From positions 671,224 to 735,223 of the forward strand of contig CAXBLY010000001.1 of assembly GCA_963976865.1 (NCBI GenBank): DNA of 64,000 nt, given 5' to 3'. Source of the stretch: an uncultured Gammaproteobacteria bacterium (GTDB taxonomy: Bacteria; Pseudomonadota; Gammaproteobacteria; UBA4575). Below, piece by piece: positions 10,597-18,264 of this stretch (its first letter is position 1; each line of letters starts with the position of its first letter). Under the pieces are notes generated by a model. The model searched no databases, had not been told where the DNA came from, and saw nothing but the letters and a program-made list of their open reading frames with translations. The translations under genes and the position numbers were made by a program.

Positions 10597-11635
10597 GCCA
10601 TCATTTGCCAAACGAGTCTTAATGTGGGCATCAGAGCATGGTCGCAAACAGTTACCCTGGCAGCAGCAACGAACGGCTTATCGTGTCTGGGTATCAGAAA
10701 TCATGTTGCAACAAACGCAAGTCGATACCGTCATTCCATACTTTCAAAAATTTATGCAGGCATTCCCGTCGATAGAAAAGCTTGCCAGTGCCGCGCAGGA
10801 TGAAGTGTTACATTACTGGTCGGGGCTGGGTTATTACGCGCGTGCGCGTAATTTACATAAAGCGGCGCAGTTGATTTGTGATCAACATAAAGGCGAATTT
10901 CCAGAGGATATTGACACAGTGATTACGCTTCCCGGAATTGGGCGATCAACAGCGGGTGCAATTCTGTCACTCAGTTTTAATCAGAAACACACGATTCTTG
11001 ACGGGAATGTAAAGCGAGTCTTGGCAAGGCATGAAGCGCTTGAAGGGTGGCCGGGCAGTTCAGCCAATGAAAAAATATTATGGGCCATTGCAGAAGAATA
11101 CACTCCGGAAACAGACTGTGCAGACTATACCCAGGCGATGATGGATCTGGGTGCGACGCTGTGTAAAAGATCTAAACCCCAATGCGAATTATGCCCGGTG
11201 AACAATGACTGTCTGGCCTTGAAGCATGGCATGCAAAACGAGCTGCCTCACTCAAAACCCAAAAAACAGATTCCTACACGCAATACGGTTATGTTGGCGG
11301 TCAACAGCGAACAAACGGGCTTGCTCATGCAACGCAGGCCCAGTCATGGAGTATGGGGTGGATTGTGGAGCTTCCCTGAATTTGAAAGCGAAAAGAGCGC
11401 ACTGGACTGGTGTTCCCGAACATTCAGGAAGGCGCCTGACAACTACCGGACACTGGATCAGCTGACTCATATGTTTAGTCATTTTCGATTACAGATCACC
11501 CCTGTAACAGTCAGGTACAGCACCCCTATACACTGGGTAATGGAAGCAGATGAGTGGGTCTGGTATAAACACGGGTCTTCACAAGTGGGCTTGGCGGCAC
11601 CTGTGGATCAACTGATTAAACAACTGGCAAATTAA
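10586..11635 (+). CDS. mutY: A/G-specific adenine glycosylase
   Basis: VSEIMLQQT, WSGLGYY.RARN, LPGIG, DGNVKRV, Fe-S cysteine motif. Confidence 0.96.
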   Translation: MQAKPSFAKRVLMWASEHGRKQLPWQQQRTAYRVWVSEIMLQQTQVDTVIPYFQKFMQAFPSIEKLASAAQDEVLHYWSGLGYYARARNLHKAAQLICDQHKGEFPEDIDTVITLPGIGRSTAGAILSLSFNQKHTILDGNVKRVLARHEALEGWPGSSANEKILWAIAEEYTPETDCADYTQAMMDLGATLCKRSKPQCELCPVNNDCLALKHGMQNELPHSKPKKQIPTRNTVMLAVNSEQTGLLMQRRPSHGVWGGLWSFPEFESEKSALDWCSRTFRKAPDNYRTLDQLTHMFSHFRLQITPVTVRYSTPIHWVMEADEWVWYKHGSSQVGLAAPVDQLIKQLAN

Positions 11636-11645
11636 GGAGACACTG

Positions 11646-11918
11646 GTGGCTAGAATGGTGCAATGTGTTAAAACAGGCAAAGAAGGGGAAGGGCTGGATT
11701 TTGCTCCATACCCTGGGGATCTGGGTAAACGTATCTACGAAAATATATCTAAGGAAGCATGGGAAGCATGGGTAGGGCACCAGACAATGCTGATAAATGA
11801 GTACAGATTAACTCCGGTTGACCCCAAGAATCGAAAATTTCTTGAAGAGGAAATGGAAAAATTCCTGTTTGGCGAAGGCTCAGATATACCCAAAGAATTT
11901 GTCGCTCCTAAAGAGTAA
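11646..11918 (+). CDS. yggX: Fe(II)-trafficking/oxidative damage protection protein
   Basis: RMVQC, GKRIYENISKEAW, HQTMLINEYRL; follows mutY. Confidence 0.93.
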   Translation: MARMVQCVKTGKEGEGLDFAPYPGDLGKRIYENISKEAWEAWVGHQTMLINEYRLTPVDPKNRKFLEEEMEKFLFGEGSDIPKEFVAPKE

Positions 11919-11920
11919 GG

Positions 11921-11956
11921 TTGACTCATTCGCCCGGACCCGGTTTAATGTCGCCC
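11921..11956 (+). promoter_or_regulatory. Sigma-70 promoter of tRNA-Phe
   Basis: TTGACT-N17-TTTAAT followed by a GC-rich discriminator GTCGCCC. Confidence 0.6.
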
Positions 11957-12063
11957 TTTCTATCAGCGAATAAATCTAAATTCCTGATTTAAAACGAATA
12001 TGAATACAAGGATCAGCGATTTCAATATCGCGCCAAGGATGGATCTTAATTCACTTCAGTATT

Positions 12064-12140
<77 letters not shown>

Positions 12141-12440
12141 TACATGCGGCTGGCTATTAGTCGCAAATTAATTATCGCGAAGCGCTGCTGAATAAATAGT
12201 TACAGATACTTTTATTCAGGTTTACAGTGGATAGACAATTATTCACTAAAGTTTATTCATAAATTAGTGCAAGTGAGATTTGGATAGCCACCAACACCAA
12301 GAATTTTATGACTTGGTTTGTCTGGCCATTTCAAGTGCATCTTCTATCTCTATACCCGGATATATACTAGTACTTGCCAATTTGTATACCCGAGCAAGGG
12401 CTGAATAGCGCATAAATAGTTAGTACGCTTAAAAAACAAT

Positions 12441-13115
12441 TTAACGAGGCGGATCAATATTGTTATCAATGGATGCATTAACGCGAAACCAGCCTGCCAC
12501 AGAATATCTGTCTCTGATTGCAGGCAGGACTTCATGTGGAAACTCTTCGCTTAGAAATACCACAATGGTTCCGTATAGTGGGACAACTTTTAGTCCTTCC
12601 CGATCCTGGTCATCAGCATAAAGTACCAGTTCCCCACCCTCAGAATTCCCCCAGGCAGGGTTTAAATAAGTGACAACAGACAGAATGCGATTTGCTTCCC
12701 CCCGAAAAGCGTCGTAGTGCCGTTTGTAATAAGCACCAGGAGAATAGTGAGCAAAGTGGCTTTCAAATGAAAAGAGCCCAAGAAAAAGCTGTTGATTCAA
12801 AAAGCGCTGTAACCTGGATGTCCAACCTATCCACCGGCTACCCGCATCTGAGTCATCAGTGATCCAGCAAATTTCATCGGTTCTTACAAAATCTGTTTTT
12901 ACAAAATTTGCACCACGCCCTATGCCTGCATCAGTGTATTTGCTTGCAGTGAATTCTTGCTGATAAGCATATAAAGCACTGGATATATCATCTGGTAACG
13001 CCGCATGCCGAATGCTGTAGCCTTGCTTTTCAATATCATCAGCAATTAGCCCAAATAGCGTTTCGTCTACTGTGTTATCGCCGCCAGTATTGGGGAAAAG
13101 TTTTAATGCCAGCAA
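12441..13115 (-). CDS. 2OG-Fe(II) oxygenase, prolyl-hydroxylase-like
   Basis: RTDEICW, YKRHYDAF, GGEL, HEVLPA, RYSVAGWF; start uncertain. Confidence 0.88.
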   Translation of the reverse strand: MLALKLFPNTGGDNTVDETLFGLIADDIEKQGYSIRHAALPDDISSALYAYQQEFTASKYTDAGIGRGANFVKTDFVRTDEICWITDDSDAGSRWIGWTSRLQRFLNQQLFLGLFSFESHFAHYSPGAYYKRHYDAFRGEANRILSVVTYLNPAWGNSEGGELVLYADDQDREGLKVVPLYGTIVVFLSEEFPHEVLPAIRDRYSVAGWFRVNASIDNNIDPPR

Positions 13116-13430
13116 TTTTATTACCTGCCCATTATAAATGTCATGCTCAGAAATAATCTGTGTATTGTGGTTAATTCCGACGGACGAGTACTATTGGCGC
13201 AAGTTCTGAGTTGCACTAATAGCTAAAATGTATGATTGCTTATATTCAATGCGTTAGCATTGAAAGAAAAAATGGCATCAAATGCATTCGCAAATAAACG
13301 ACCGTAAAGACCGACGTTATCAAACTTGGGTTAATAAATATAATAAAATTTTCATTTAAATAAACACTATAGATAGTGCATGGTACTGAAATATAGAAAT
13401 GGGTATCGTGAGCCAATTATTTGAAATTTC

Positions 13431-13461
13431 AATGTCTGCTTTCGGCTCAATAGCGGTCATT
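13431..13461 (-). repeat. Palindromic cassette repeat R1
   Basis: + strand AATGTCTGCTTTCGGCTCAATAGCGGTCATT. Confidence 0.9.
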
Positions 13462-13467
13462 CATGGT

Positions 13468-13710
13468 TTAATTTCTGATTGAGTATACAGTGAAAAGAAC
13501 TCCTGCCCAGAACAGGAAACCCAACAGCATCACCCAGTCACAAGCTAAATATTTTTGGTCATTATCAATATAGACTAATTTCCCGAATTTCCACTTTTCA
13601 TGTCTAAGTTTAAAGAACTGAGCATCAGCTTTTAATATTCCAAAAGTCAGAATTGGAGTTAATATAAATCCTGTGGAATAGAAAAATAAATAAATTAGTC
13701 CTTCTGGCAT
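13468..13710 (-). CDS. Hypothetical small membrane protein (cassette 1)
   Basis: 80 aa, two hydrophobic segments; fills the R1-R2 interval. Confidence 0.7.
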   Translation of the reverse strand: MPEGLIYLFFYSTGFILTPILTFGILKADAQFFKLRHEKWKFGKLVYIDNDQKYLACDWVMLLGFLFWAGVLFTVYSIRN

Positions 13711-13721
13711 TACTTACTTCT

Positions 13722-13752
13722 TTAGTCAGTTATCGGCGCAATAGCGGTCATT
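13722..13752 (-). repeat. Palindromic cassette repeat R2
   Basis: TTAGTCAGTTATCGGCGCAATAGCGGTCATT; contains the stop codon of cassette 2. Confidence 0.88.
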
Positions 13753-14173
13753 TGCTTTTCTTTGGAAGGCCGAGGAAGTCTCTGAAAATATAAATCATCC
13801 AGGCTGTACATCCCAATGGAAGATATATCAAGAGAATAGTCTCCAGCTGATATAGATTTGCCCATACAACTGGTACTAATAAGTTGTAGCCAGCAATTAT
13901 TACAGATGTAATACCCATAACAAGAAACAATAATGTCAATTTTTTATTTAGTAGCAGCTTTGGTTGACCTAACGTAATTGAAATCAATGAAACAATTCCT
14001 ATGATGCCCGCTGCACCTAGTAGAATGATGTAAAAAGCAGTGCTGTAAAAATCGAGTTCCATTAATATCTCATCAAATAACAGTATTGAAAGAAGTATCG
14101 ACCAAAAATAAATTGGAACTGTGAAACAAAATGAAACAATAAACCAAATTAATACCTTAAAAGATAACTTCAT
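13748..14173 (-). CDS. Hypothetical four-TM membrane protein (cassette 2)
   Basis: Hydrophobic ORF filling R2-R3; an alternative in-frame ATG lies at 14212 inside R3. Confidence 0.7.
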   Translation of the reverse strand: MKLSFKVLIWFIVSFCFTVPIYFWSILLSILLFDEILMELDFYSTAFYIILLGAAGIIGIVSLISITLGQPKLLLNKKLTLLFLVMGITSVIIAGYNLLVPVVWANLYQLETILLIYLPLGCTAWMIYIFRDFLGLPKKSK

Positions 14174-14182
14174 CTTCTGATT

Positions 14183-14213
14183 TTTGTCTGCTTCCGGCTC
14201 AAAAGCGGTCATA
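14183..14213 (-). repeat. Palindromic cassette repeat R3
   Basis: TTTGTCTGCTTCCGGCTCAAAAGCGGTCATA. Confidence 0.9.
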
Positions 14214-14215
14214 AT

Positions 14216-14542
14216 CTAATTTAGAATCAATGTTACAACGTTAATAATAACTAGCAAAATAATTAATGGTATCGAGTACCATATAATCTTTGTCTGAAAC
14301 AACCAGAGATTTCTTACAAGCTTAGCCTGTCTTCTAGTTGTAGAATCGTTGAGTTGATTATATCGCTCAAGTAAATAAAAATCGTGCCAATAAAAAATAG
14401 AGATTGGAAGAGGATGTTTCTCATTTTCCCAATACTCTTTATCGCTTTCGCGAATTCTTCTATATACGTTCAAATGCAATATGTGACTAATCAATAAATA
14501 TAAAAAAAGAATTGCAAATATAGATTTACCGATCAATTCCAT
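14216..14542 (-). CDS. Hypothetical membrane protein (cassette 3)
   Basis: 108 aa with N- and C-terminal TM segments; fills R3-R4. Confidence 0.7.
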   Translation of the reverse strand: MELIGKSIFAILFLYLLISHILHLNVYRRIRESDKEYWENEKHPLPISIFYWHDFYLLERYNQLNDSTTRRQAKLVRNLWLFQTKIIWYSIPLIILLVIINVVTLILN

Positions 14543-14575
14543 AAATTATTATATATTGGGGCTGGTTGATGATTA

Positions 14576-14606
14576 ATTGTCCGCTTTCGGCGCAAAAGCG
14601 GTCATT
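14576..14606 (-). repeat. Palindromic cassette repeat R4
   Basis: ATTGTCCGCTTTCGGCGCAAAAGCGGTCATT; contains the stop codon of cassette 4. Confidence 0.9.
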
Positions 14607-14976
14607 CATTCTTCTCAGTAATAAGAATCTTTCCATTTGAATCTTTAACTTCAAGAAACTTAAGTTTCCAATTCTCACTGCCATAATCATTTACAACTAC
14701 TGCTTCAAAAGTCATAAAGATGGGGCGTAAGTTTTTATTATTTTCTGTAACCACAGATTGAACTTTATGTGTGCATTCGCCCAAGTAGGTAACCTGTGTG
14801 TCTTTGGATGAATATCCAGCAACTAATCCTCCCATGTGTGGTAACTTATCTTGACGACCTGCAAAATATAGTTCAGCAATAAGATAAGCTTCTTCTTGAT
14901 TTTCACATCGTATATTTGGATCGCTACAATTTGTTAATAGCACCACACAAACAACAGCAATAGCTAATCTATTCAT
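14602..14976 (-). CDS. Hypothetical putative lipoprotein (cassette 4)
   Basis: MNRLAIAVVCVVLLTNC lipobox-like N-terminus; both ends touch repeats. Confidence 0.7.
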   Translation of the reverse strand: MNRLAIAVVCVVLLTNCSDPNIRCENQEEAYLIAELYFAGRQDKLPHMGGLVAGYSSKDTQVTYLGECTHKVQSVVTENNKNLRPIFMTFEAVVVNDYGSENWKLKFLEVKDSNGKILITEKNE

Positions 14977-15005
14977 TGTCTCATTTCGGCTCAAAAGCGG
15001 TCATT
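14975..15005 (-). repeat. Palindromic cassette repeat R5
   Basis: ATTGTCTCATTTCGGCTCAAAAGCGGTCATT. Confidence 0.88.
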
Positions 15006-15016
15006 CGTGTATACAT

Positions 15017-15409
15017 CTAACCTCCACGAGTTGTTACCAATAACAATATACATATAACTACAACTAGCAGTATGAATGTGTTTCCAAATTTCCTTCTCTC
15101 TTGAGATTCTTCAGAAGTTATTTTCGACATTGGCAATGAAGCCAGCTCCCAAAGTGAGCCAATACCCCAAAATAAAGGAATCAATAATAGATATTCAAAT
15201 ACATTAGAAATATAAAATATATAAATACTGGCAGCGTAGCCTGCTATTTTAAAAACCGTAGGCCATGCTGTTTGGAATCCAAAACGATATTTCGAGTGTA
15301 CGTAGCTCAAATTACCGCATAATCTGCACTTAGATGGTGTGTCTGATCCTGACCAAATTTTTGACCAGAATCCAATACCTTTGCAATTACAATATGGGCA
15401 ATTAAACAT
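15017..15409 (-). CDS. Hypothetical membrane protein with N-terminal CxxC...CxxC (cassette 5)
   Basis: CPYC and CRLC motifs followed by three TM segments. Confidence 0.72.
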   Translation of the reverse strand: MFNCPYCNCKGIGFWSKIWSGSDTPSKCRLCGNLSYVHSKYRFGFQTAWPTVFKIAGYAASIYIFYISNVFEYLLLIPLFWGIGSLWELASLPMSKITSEESQERRKFGNTFILLVVVICILLLVTTRGG

Positions 15410-15414
15410 TAATG

Positions 15415-15444
15415 CATGACTGCTTTCGGCTCATAGCGGTCATC
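15415..15444 (-). repeat. Palindromic cassette repeat R6
   Basis: CATGACTGCTTTCGGCTCATAGCGGTCATC. Confidence 0.9.
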
Positions 15445-15453
15445 TCGTAATTG

Positions 15454-16029
15454 TTAAACAAGAAGTAATTCATTTGTAACAACCCACGCATCAATTACAT
15501 TCTCGGTCTTATCCCACTCTCTTTCATTTCCTATGCCATATATTGGGAGTCTGTTAGTTTCACTTGGTAATTCCAACAAATGTTTTACACCAGCATTGAA
15601 AATCTCAAATGCACTATAATTTGTATCTATTTCAACATTAACTATTGTGCCTCCAACTAGCAATTCGCTAACACCATCCCACTCCATATCTCCGCCATAA
15701 TTGCTAGACAAAGGGTTTTTGAAAGCATAATAGTCTGGATGTGCTTCCACCCAATGATCATCTAATAGCAACCATTGGCATGCACCCCAAAGTGTTAAAA
15801 TTAAATTTTCTTTCCCATATTTTTTTGTCTCATTTAGTTCGATGCCAAAGAAGCCTGGGCCACCCATTCCATAGCTTCCATGATGGCCGCACCATGAACC
15901 AATTTCACGACACATAATTCTCTCTAAACCAACTTCTCGAATTGTTTTTGGTGGCATACCACTTACTTTTTCTTTGCTCTCAATAATATTGCCCATGAAT
16001 ATTTTCGGCTTATTTATGTGGAATAGCAT
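15454..16029 (-). CDS. Hypothetical soluble protein (cassette 6)
   Basis: 191-aa ORF with GSYGMGGPGFFG; start may be 15996. Confidence 0.7.
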   Translation of the reverse strand: MLFHINKPKIFMGNIIESKEKVSGMPPKTIREVGLERIMCREIGSWCGHHGSYGMGGPGFFGIELNETKKYGKENLILTLWGACQWLLLDDHWVEAHPDYYAFKNPLSSNYGGDMEWDGVSELLVGGTIVNVEIDTNYSAFEIFNAGVKHLLELPSETNRLPIYGIGNEREWDKTENVIDAWVVTNELLLV

Positions 16030-16071
16030 ATTATTAAATTAGTAAATTATCGAGTCCACTAGAAATTTTGA

Positions 16072-16101
16072 AATGTCTGCTTAGGGTCGAAAGCAGTCAT
16101 T
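16072..16101 (+). repeat. Palindromic cassette repeat R7
   Basis: AATGTCTGCTTAGGGTCGAAAGCAGTCATT; loop orientation opposite to R1-R6. Confidence 0.88.
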
Positions 16102-16153
16102 AATCACTATACAATATTAGCATCCTCAAATATACTAATCTAGAATCGTTCTG

Positions 16154-16183
16154 AGTTTCTGCTTTCGACCCTAAGCAGACAAT
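16154..16183 (-). repeat. Palindromic cassette repeat R8 (inverted twin of R7)
   Basis: 16159-16181 is the exact reverse complement of 16074-16096 (23 bp). Confidence 0.88.
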
Positions 16184-16246
16184 CTATTATTTTATAAATT
16201 CTTATTATTTCATATGATGCTCATGTACAATTTGATAAGGTAATTA

Positions 16247-17146
16247 TTGATTAACCATAACTTCAGAAAGCCAATGCTTATTAGAATTATATTTAGAACG
16301 CTTGTATTGATGATTATCACAACACATGCAGCCAGCTCAGCAGAAATTTCTTTTGATCGTTTTGTGGGACTTAGCAACATAGCCGTATCTGATCAGACTG
16401 TCTCGTGTGTAACTGTTAGTGGTGGAAGACCAGCAGGAACATGTGGCGCAGGCGAGACAATTCTTGCGAGTCAAGCGCCAGGCTTGGGATTCTTGTTTCC
16501 TCGTTTTAATACTAGTTTGGGCACACTCAATCAAGTAAATCTTACTTATAATCTAAATACTGGTGGTGTTTGGATAGGCAGACCTGAAGACTCTTTCTTA
16601 AGTTTATCAACTGACTTTAATTTCAGTAGTGTTGTAGGGTTGTATTCAGATCATTTCGGTGATCAAAGTAATGTTGATGATAGACTTCCAACTTGGAATG
16701 GGGTAGATCGATCTTTGTTACGAGACATTGCTGCATCAGGTCTAGACACTATAGATGGAGGTTCTACATCTATGGAGTTTAATTCAAGAATTGATTCGCG
16801 AGCAGAGGGTTGGTCAATTTCTTTAAATGGTACAAGAGATTTTGCTGCAAGTGATGCTTTTTTGTTTGTAGAAGGCGAAACTCCTAACGATTTACGTGAG
16901 AACGTGCAAATATTGCTTCTCTACCAACTTTTTGCATCGCTCGATGGTAGAGGAGAGGATTGTAATGCATTGATTGCCGTGGCCCCATGTGGTGCAACTA
17001 ACAGGATTACTTCCCTGACTAGCGCAAGGATCACTTTATCTTACGATTATGATCCGCCCACTGTAGTACCAATTCCAGCTACAGCCTGGTTACTTGGTTC
17101 TGCACTTGGTTTTATTGGATTATTTAAAAGGAAAAAGAGTTTATAG
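16247..17146 (+). CDS. Secreted VPLPA-CTERM (PEP-CTERM-like) protein
   Basis: Signal peptide; C-terminal VPIPATAWLLGSAL, TM segment, KRKK; start probably 16274. Confidence 0.82.
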   Translation: MINHNFRKPMLIRIIFRTLVLMIITTHAASSAEISFDRFVGLSNIAVSDQTVSCVTVSGGRPAGTCGAGETILASQAPGLGFLFPRFNTSLGTLNQVNLTYNLNTGGVWIGRPEDSFLSLSTDFNFSSVVGLYSDHFGDQSNVDDRLPTWNGVDRSLLRDIAASGLDTIDGGSTSMEFNSRIDSRAEGWSISLNGTRDFAASDAFLFVEGETPNDLRENVQILLLYQLFASLDGRGEDCNALIAVAPCGATNRITSLTSARITLSYDYDPPTVVPIPATAWLLGSALGFIGLFKRKKSL

Positions 17147-17157
17147 TTTAATTTATA

Positions 17158-17188
17158 TTTGTCCGCTTTTGAGCCGATAGCGGTCATT
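17158..17188 (+). repeat. Palindromic cassette repeat R9
   Basis: TTTGTCCGCTTTTGAGCCGATAGCGGTCATT, 11 bp after the stop codon. Confidence 0.9.
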
Positions 17189-17435
17189 CTCGAATTGTTT
17201 ACATAACGCTGGAGTTACTTTGTAAACGCCTCAGATGGTTAATATCTATTTTAAGAAAATGGAATAAGTAACTGAAAAAATTCCAGTCGTTTAATAATGA
17301 GCTATAATTAATTGTACATAACATTCATTACGTGTGAGTATGGTTAAAATTTTACAGTGCAAATAGTTATCGCATTCTAAATCATAAGTTATGAATGCCT
17401 TCGTTTAGTAAGGCTCAACAGCTGGGAATAAAATA

Positions 17436-18089
17436 ATGAAGTATTGTAAAGCAGTTGCACTAGCAGGATTCATTGCGGTTCTTTTGGTCAGCAGTGTGCA
17501 GGCGGCTATAATAACAACCTACACAGACAAGGCTGCTTTCTTGGCTGATACGGGTGCGGCGAGCGTCTCTGGGACATTGCCGAACTTAGGAGGTTTGGGT
17601 GTGGGAAACCCGGTCATATTAGGTGGGGTAACATTAAATCTTGCAGGTAATAGCACCCAATTTTTTGTAGATAATCGTACTCCAGTAAATCCAGGCTTTG
17701 ATATAGCAATAAGTGGAGACGAAAATTTTGATGCTGTTTTAGATGTTCCTACATATTCTTTTGGATTTGATGTCGTAGAGCCAGATGCAGTTTGTTTTCC
17801 AGGTGTTGGTTGCTTTAATCAGTCGCAGTTTACTGTCACGGTGGGATCGGACAGTGAAATTTTTACGCTCATGGGACTCAGTTCTGATTTATCTACTCCG
17901 ATTCTTGATTTTGTTGGAATAGTTTCTGATACGCCATTTAGTTTCGTTGAAGTCAGAGAAACCATTACAAGTGGTAGTACCAACGAATATTTTGGTGAAT
18001 TTTATGCAGCTCCTGTACCTATACCTGCGTCTATATGGTTATTTGGATCAGCAATTGGATTGCTGGGGTGGATAAAGCGTAAAGTCTGA
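17436..18089 (+). CDS. Secreted VPLPA-CTERM (PEP-CTERM-like) protein
   Basis: Signal peptide ending VQA; C-terminal PVPIPASIWLFGSAIGLLGWIKRKV. Confidence 0.85.
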   Translation: MKYCKAVALAGFIAVLLVSSVQAAIITTYTDKAAFLADTGAASVSGTLPNLGGLGVGNPVILGGVTLNLAGNSTQFFVDNRTPVNPGFDIAISGDENFDAVLDVPTYSFGFDVVEPDAVCFPGVGCFNQSQFTVTVGSDSEIFTLMGLSSDLSTPILDFVGIVSDTPFSFVEVRETITSGSTNEYFGEFYAAPVPIPASIWLFGSAIGLLGWIKRKV

Positions 18090-18112
18090 GTCTATTAATA
18101 ATTTTTTGCAAT

Positions 18113-18136
18113 AAACCCAGTACATGCTGGTTTTTT
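18113..18136 (+). terminator. Probable intrinsic terminator
   Basis: CCAGTA-CA-TGCTGG followed by TTTTTT. Confidence 0.45.
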
Positions 18137-18145
18137 ATGAGCGTT

Positions 18146-18176
18146 AATGACCGCTATTGAATCGAAAGCTGACGTT
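18146..18176 (+). repeat. Palindromic cassette repeat R10
   Basis: AATGACCGCTATTGAATCGAAAGCTGACGTT. Confidence 0.85.
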
Positions 18177-18194
18177 AGTTGTAGTCAGGTTTTA

Positions 18195-18224
18195 AACGAC
18201 AGTTTTCGACTCATAGCCGTCATA
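18195..18224 (-). repeat. Palindromic cassette repeat R11 (degenerate)
   Basis: AACGACAGTTTTCGACTCATAGCCGTCATA. Confidence 0.72.
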
Positions 18225-18264
18225 GAAGAATCAGTATTACGCCTTTTTGTTTAGTAGCAGCGAT

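Noticed and set aside
12281-12332. Possible attR fragments of the tRNA 3' end (GCCACCA, TCTGGCCA)
   Set aside because: Matches of 7-8 bp are too short to be significant.
17196-17227. Imperfect inverted repeat GTTTACATAAC...GTTACTTTGTAAAC after R9, faintly attC-like
   Set aside because: Single copy, short, and without a proper R' box.
13431-18224. Repeats as simple Rho-independent terminators
   Set aside because: They lack U tracts and share primary sequence beyond what a terminator needs. A separate terminator-like hairpin already precedes R10.
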